Shown: positions 61,838 through 64,000 of the stretch, in pieces
Layout: each line of letters begins with the position of its first letter
How positions within the stretch are numbered: the stretch's first letter is position 1
NCBI GenBank assembly: GCA_963974915.1
Contig: CAXBES010000014.1
Coordinates: 49,633-113,632 of the forward strand
Reading direction: 5' to 3'
Length of the DNA: 64,000 nucleotides
DNA from: an uncultured Ulvibacter sp.
GTDB lineage: Bacteria; Bacteroidota; Bacteroidia; Flavobacteriales; Flavobacteriaceae
Notes under the pieces: generated by a model
What the model saw: only the letters and a program-made list of their open reading frames with translations
The model's database searches: none
What the model was told of the DNA's origin: nothing
Program-made: the position numbers and the translations under genes

Positions 61838-64000
61838 CTATTCTTTTATAAGTTTTTTGAAAACAATTCCTTCCGAAGTAAAAATCGAAACGAAATATGT
61901 GCCGCTCTGTTCTGCCTTAAGAGCAAGTTGAATGGTGGTTTCATCAAGAAACAGTTCAGACTGGACGATACGACCCAGCATATCTCTAATTTCAACTTTT
62001 TGTATCGCATTTGTTAAAGAAGAAACTGTTATCGTGCCTTTGGTCGGGTTGGGGTAAAGTGCAACGGTATTTATATTATGATTCGCATTATTTAAAACTA
62101 GTTCCGGAGTAAACTGAAGCGTGAATCGATTGTCGTAAATTCCCTTTTCGCTCACGAAAGTATAGTTACCCGAACTTAGATCTACTATCGAATTATTATG
62201 CGAATCGATCAGGTAAACAGTAGCATTCTCAAGATTTAAGCCTATTATATTCTCTATGGAGATCGTATAACTAATTCTTTCATCTATCAAGGTAGCAAAA
62301 CCCATAGAGATTTTCATGCCTTCATCAAAACTGCCCAACGCCTGAATCCCAAGTTGATCACTTCCATCCCTTAAATGAGAATACAAAGAAACATTGGTCG
62401 CCAAGCGTTTGGCATCGTAACCGGGGTCTATTTGTTCACTAGCCTGGGCTAGAAATCCTATCAACGCTGTACTATTCAGATCATATCGGTCGCTTTGAAC
62501 GTTTAGCCAGATTCTGTCATTATCTAAACTACGAAGTGTGGTATTTCCACTGGTTCTTCGCATTACATTCGAAAAACTTACATCTCCAGCTGCCAATGCT
62601 TTAATTCCAAATCCCTGAGCTGTCGCAATAACACCATTGGGCATTGTGGATGGATCTGAACCGGCAGCTGCGGTTCCCCCGGTAAGATTGTAAATAGAAA
62701 TATCTTCCATCGTATAATCTAATCCGTAAGGTCCGGGATTTCCTGAATTCGGACTGGTTCTATGCTCCCAGAAATATACTGCATCAACAATTGTAGCATT
62801 ACTGTTTATAAAATCATCTGCCAGTATTGGAGACGCATAGGGATTGGCAATGATATTCGGACTGCTATTCTGGTCTGCATTAAACGTAGCTGAATATGTT
62901 ATGAGTCCGTTATTCAAAGTACCCTCGTTATATGAAAGATTTAACGCAGTAGCCGGTCCTGTTACACTGCGCATGATCATATACCCTTCACCCGGATTAA
63001 TCGATCCGGCATATACCGGCCAATCGTCACCTTCTTCATCCAACCAGTTTCCTGCACCGGGAGAAGTAGCCGCGACAGCCACATTGGGCGTAAAATTTTC
63101 AGTAAGGTGGTTTCGAACTCTTTCTACCCCATTAAGGACACCTGTAGTAGTCTCGGCAGACATAGGGCTCCCCATTAGCATAAAATCCCGACCATCTAAT
63201 TCTGGTGTCGTAACCACCACATTGATTGCACCATTATTGAGCGTTACCGAAGCATCATCTCTTTGTACCAAACTAGCCTCATGCTCTACATTTAGGGTGC
63301 CATTTACATCAATATTAAATGCGACCTCAACAAAATCTCCAGAATTGATCGTTAAAAATGTGGATGCATCAATTGCTAATGAACATGCGCTAAAGCTTCC
63401 ATGGGTGGAAGTGTTATAATTTGATCTAATTATCGCATTGGTTGTCATATTGGGCAACCCGTTATCCCAGGTACCACCTACAAACTGAGTTGTTGTAGCA
63501 CACGGCGCTAAAGGCGCTTCGATTGCCTGAATTCGAAAAGTGATGATATCTGCATATATGTCTCGTTTTGAAGAGCGCAGATAATATGTAGTTCCAGAAG
63601 TCAATCCGAAGAACAATCCGTTACCGTCAAAACAGTCAAGCTCCGTTCCTGCACATCCATCGAAGAGTGAAACTCCATCTAAACCACCAATATTTGAGAT
63701 TTCAATATTACCATTTACCGGCATTACAAATTCATACCATAAATCGAGATTAATTTGACTCGCATTATCACAACTAGCGTCTATACTTTCGCTTGCCTTT
63801 CTGTGATCTTGTGTAACCTCTGTATAATCAACGATTCCTACATTTATATAGGTCGCATTGAGACAATCATCATTTTCTGCCGATTCGAACGCTTGTATAT
63901 CAAAATCCACAATGTCTGCATATATACTCCTTCTGGCAACCCTTAAAACATAGGTCGTTGCTGCCGTTAGATTATATGCAAAGTCATTACCGTAAAAGCA
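61838..64000 (-). CDS. large secreted protein with T9SS C-terminal sorting domain (N-terminus beyond window)
   Basis: C-terminal Por-secretion tail (…LYPNPTKGTITVS…). The frame stays open to the window edge. Confidence 0.65.
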   Translation of the reverse strand, partial: CFYGNDFAYNLTAATTYVLRVARRSIYADIVDFDIQAFESAENDDCLNATYINVGIVDYTEVTQDHRKASESIDASCDNASQINLDLWYEFVMPVNGNIEISNIGGLDGVSLFDGCAGTELDCFDGNGLFFGLTSGTTYYLRSSKRDIYADIITFRIQAIEAPLAPCATTTQFVGGTWDNGLPNMTTNAIIRSNYNTSTHGSFSACSLAIDASTFLTINSGDFVEVAFNIDVNGTLNVEHEASLVQRDDASVTLNNGAINVVVTTPELDGRDFMLMGSPMSAETTTGVLNGVERVRNHLTENFTPNVAVAATSPGAGNWLDEEGDDWPVYAGSINPGEGYMIMRSVTGPATALNLSYNEGTLNNGLITYSATFNADQNSSPNIIANPYASPILADDFINSNATIVDAVYFWEHRTSPNSGNPGPYGLDYTMEDISIYNLTGGTAAAGSDPSTMPNGVIATAQGFGIKALAAGDVSFSNVMRRTSGNTTLRSLDNDRIWLNVQSDRYDLNSTALIGFLAQASEQIDPGYDAKRLATNVSLYSHLRDGSDQLGIQALGSFDEGMKISMGFATLIDERISYTISIENIIGLNLENATVYLIDSHNNSIVDLSSGNYTFVSEKGIYDNRFTLQFTPELVLNNANHNINTVALYPNPTKGTITVSSLTNAIQKVEIRDMLGRIVQSELFLDETTIQLALKAEQSGTYFVSIFTSEGIVFKKLIKE

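Noticed and set aside
63755-63946. 63-aa plus-strand ORF
   Set aside because: It lies antisense within the T9SS-CTD protein gene, whose frame stays open to the window edge.

Overview
The window is a chromosomal segment of a Flavobacteriaceae-like (Bacteroidota) genome: AT-rich, gene-dense, with no rRNA, tRNA, CRISPR array, transposase or integrase visible. Most ORFs are recognisable housekeeping genes. Three signatures fit a gliding, T9SS-bearing flavobacterium: the conserved mutY-ssb-gldE-gldD block, two proteins with T9SS C-terminal sorting domains, and the ftsX-DUF3098-uppP-truB block. The recognisable genes are: saccharopine dehydrogenase family (5' partial), leuS, UbiA-family prenyltransferase, ftsX, uppP, truB, tag, aat, atoE-like transporter, flavin reductase, sensor kinases and a sigma54 activator, greA, HIT, a TonB-dependent receptor, arfB, pnuC, ahcY, rpmA, rplU, gldD/gldE, ssb, mutY, HU, rng, recX, a flotillin/NfeD pair, atpDC, glmS, panC and panD. 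Features outside the ordinary: (1) a 74-bp tandem repeat array (4.5 copies, two conserved hairpins per unit) between a DUF3127-like gene and atoE; (2) that DUF3127-like protein looks like an SSB-type OB fold carrying an SSB C-terminal tail (…DDLPF); (3) a tight minus-strand operon PPTase - GGGPS-like - YkoF-like - PnuC - [NadR-like P-loop kinase fused to a UGPase-like nucleotidyltransferase domain] - ArfB, which looks like an uncharacterised uptake/phosphorylation/nucleotidylation pathway; (4) a (GGGAGTT)x13 heptanucleotide microsatellite (G-quadruplex-capable) in the promoter of a sulfotransferase-like gene, a candidate slipped-strand phase-variation locus; (5) a small dispersed family of ~42-bp CTCTC-hairpin elements (3 copies) and a 2x38-bp perfect tandem duplication in the long atpDC leader; (6) an unannotated 29-aa ultra-basic peptide gene with its own terminator between hup and rng.
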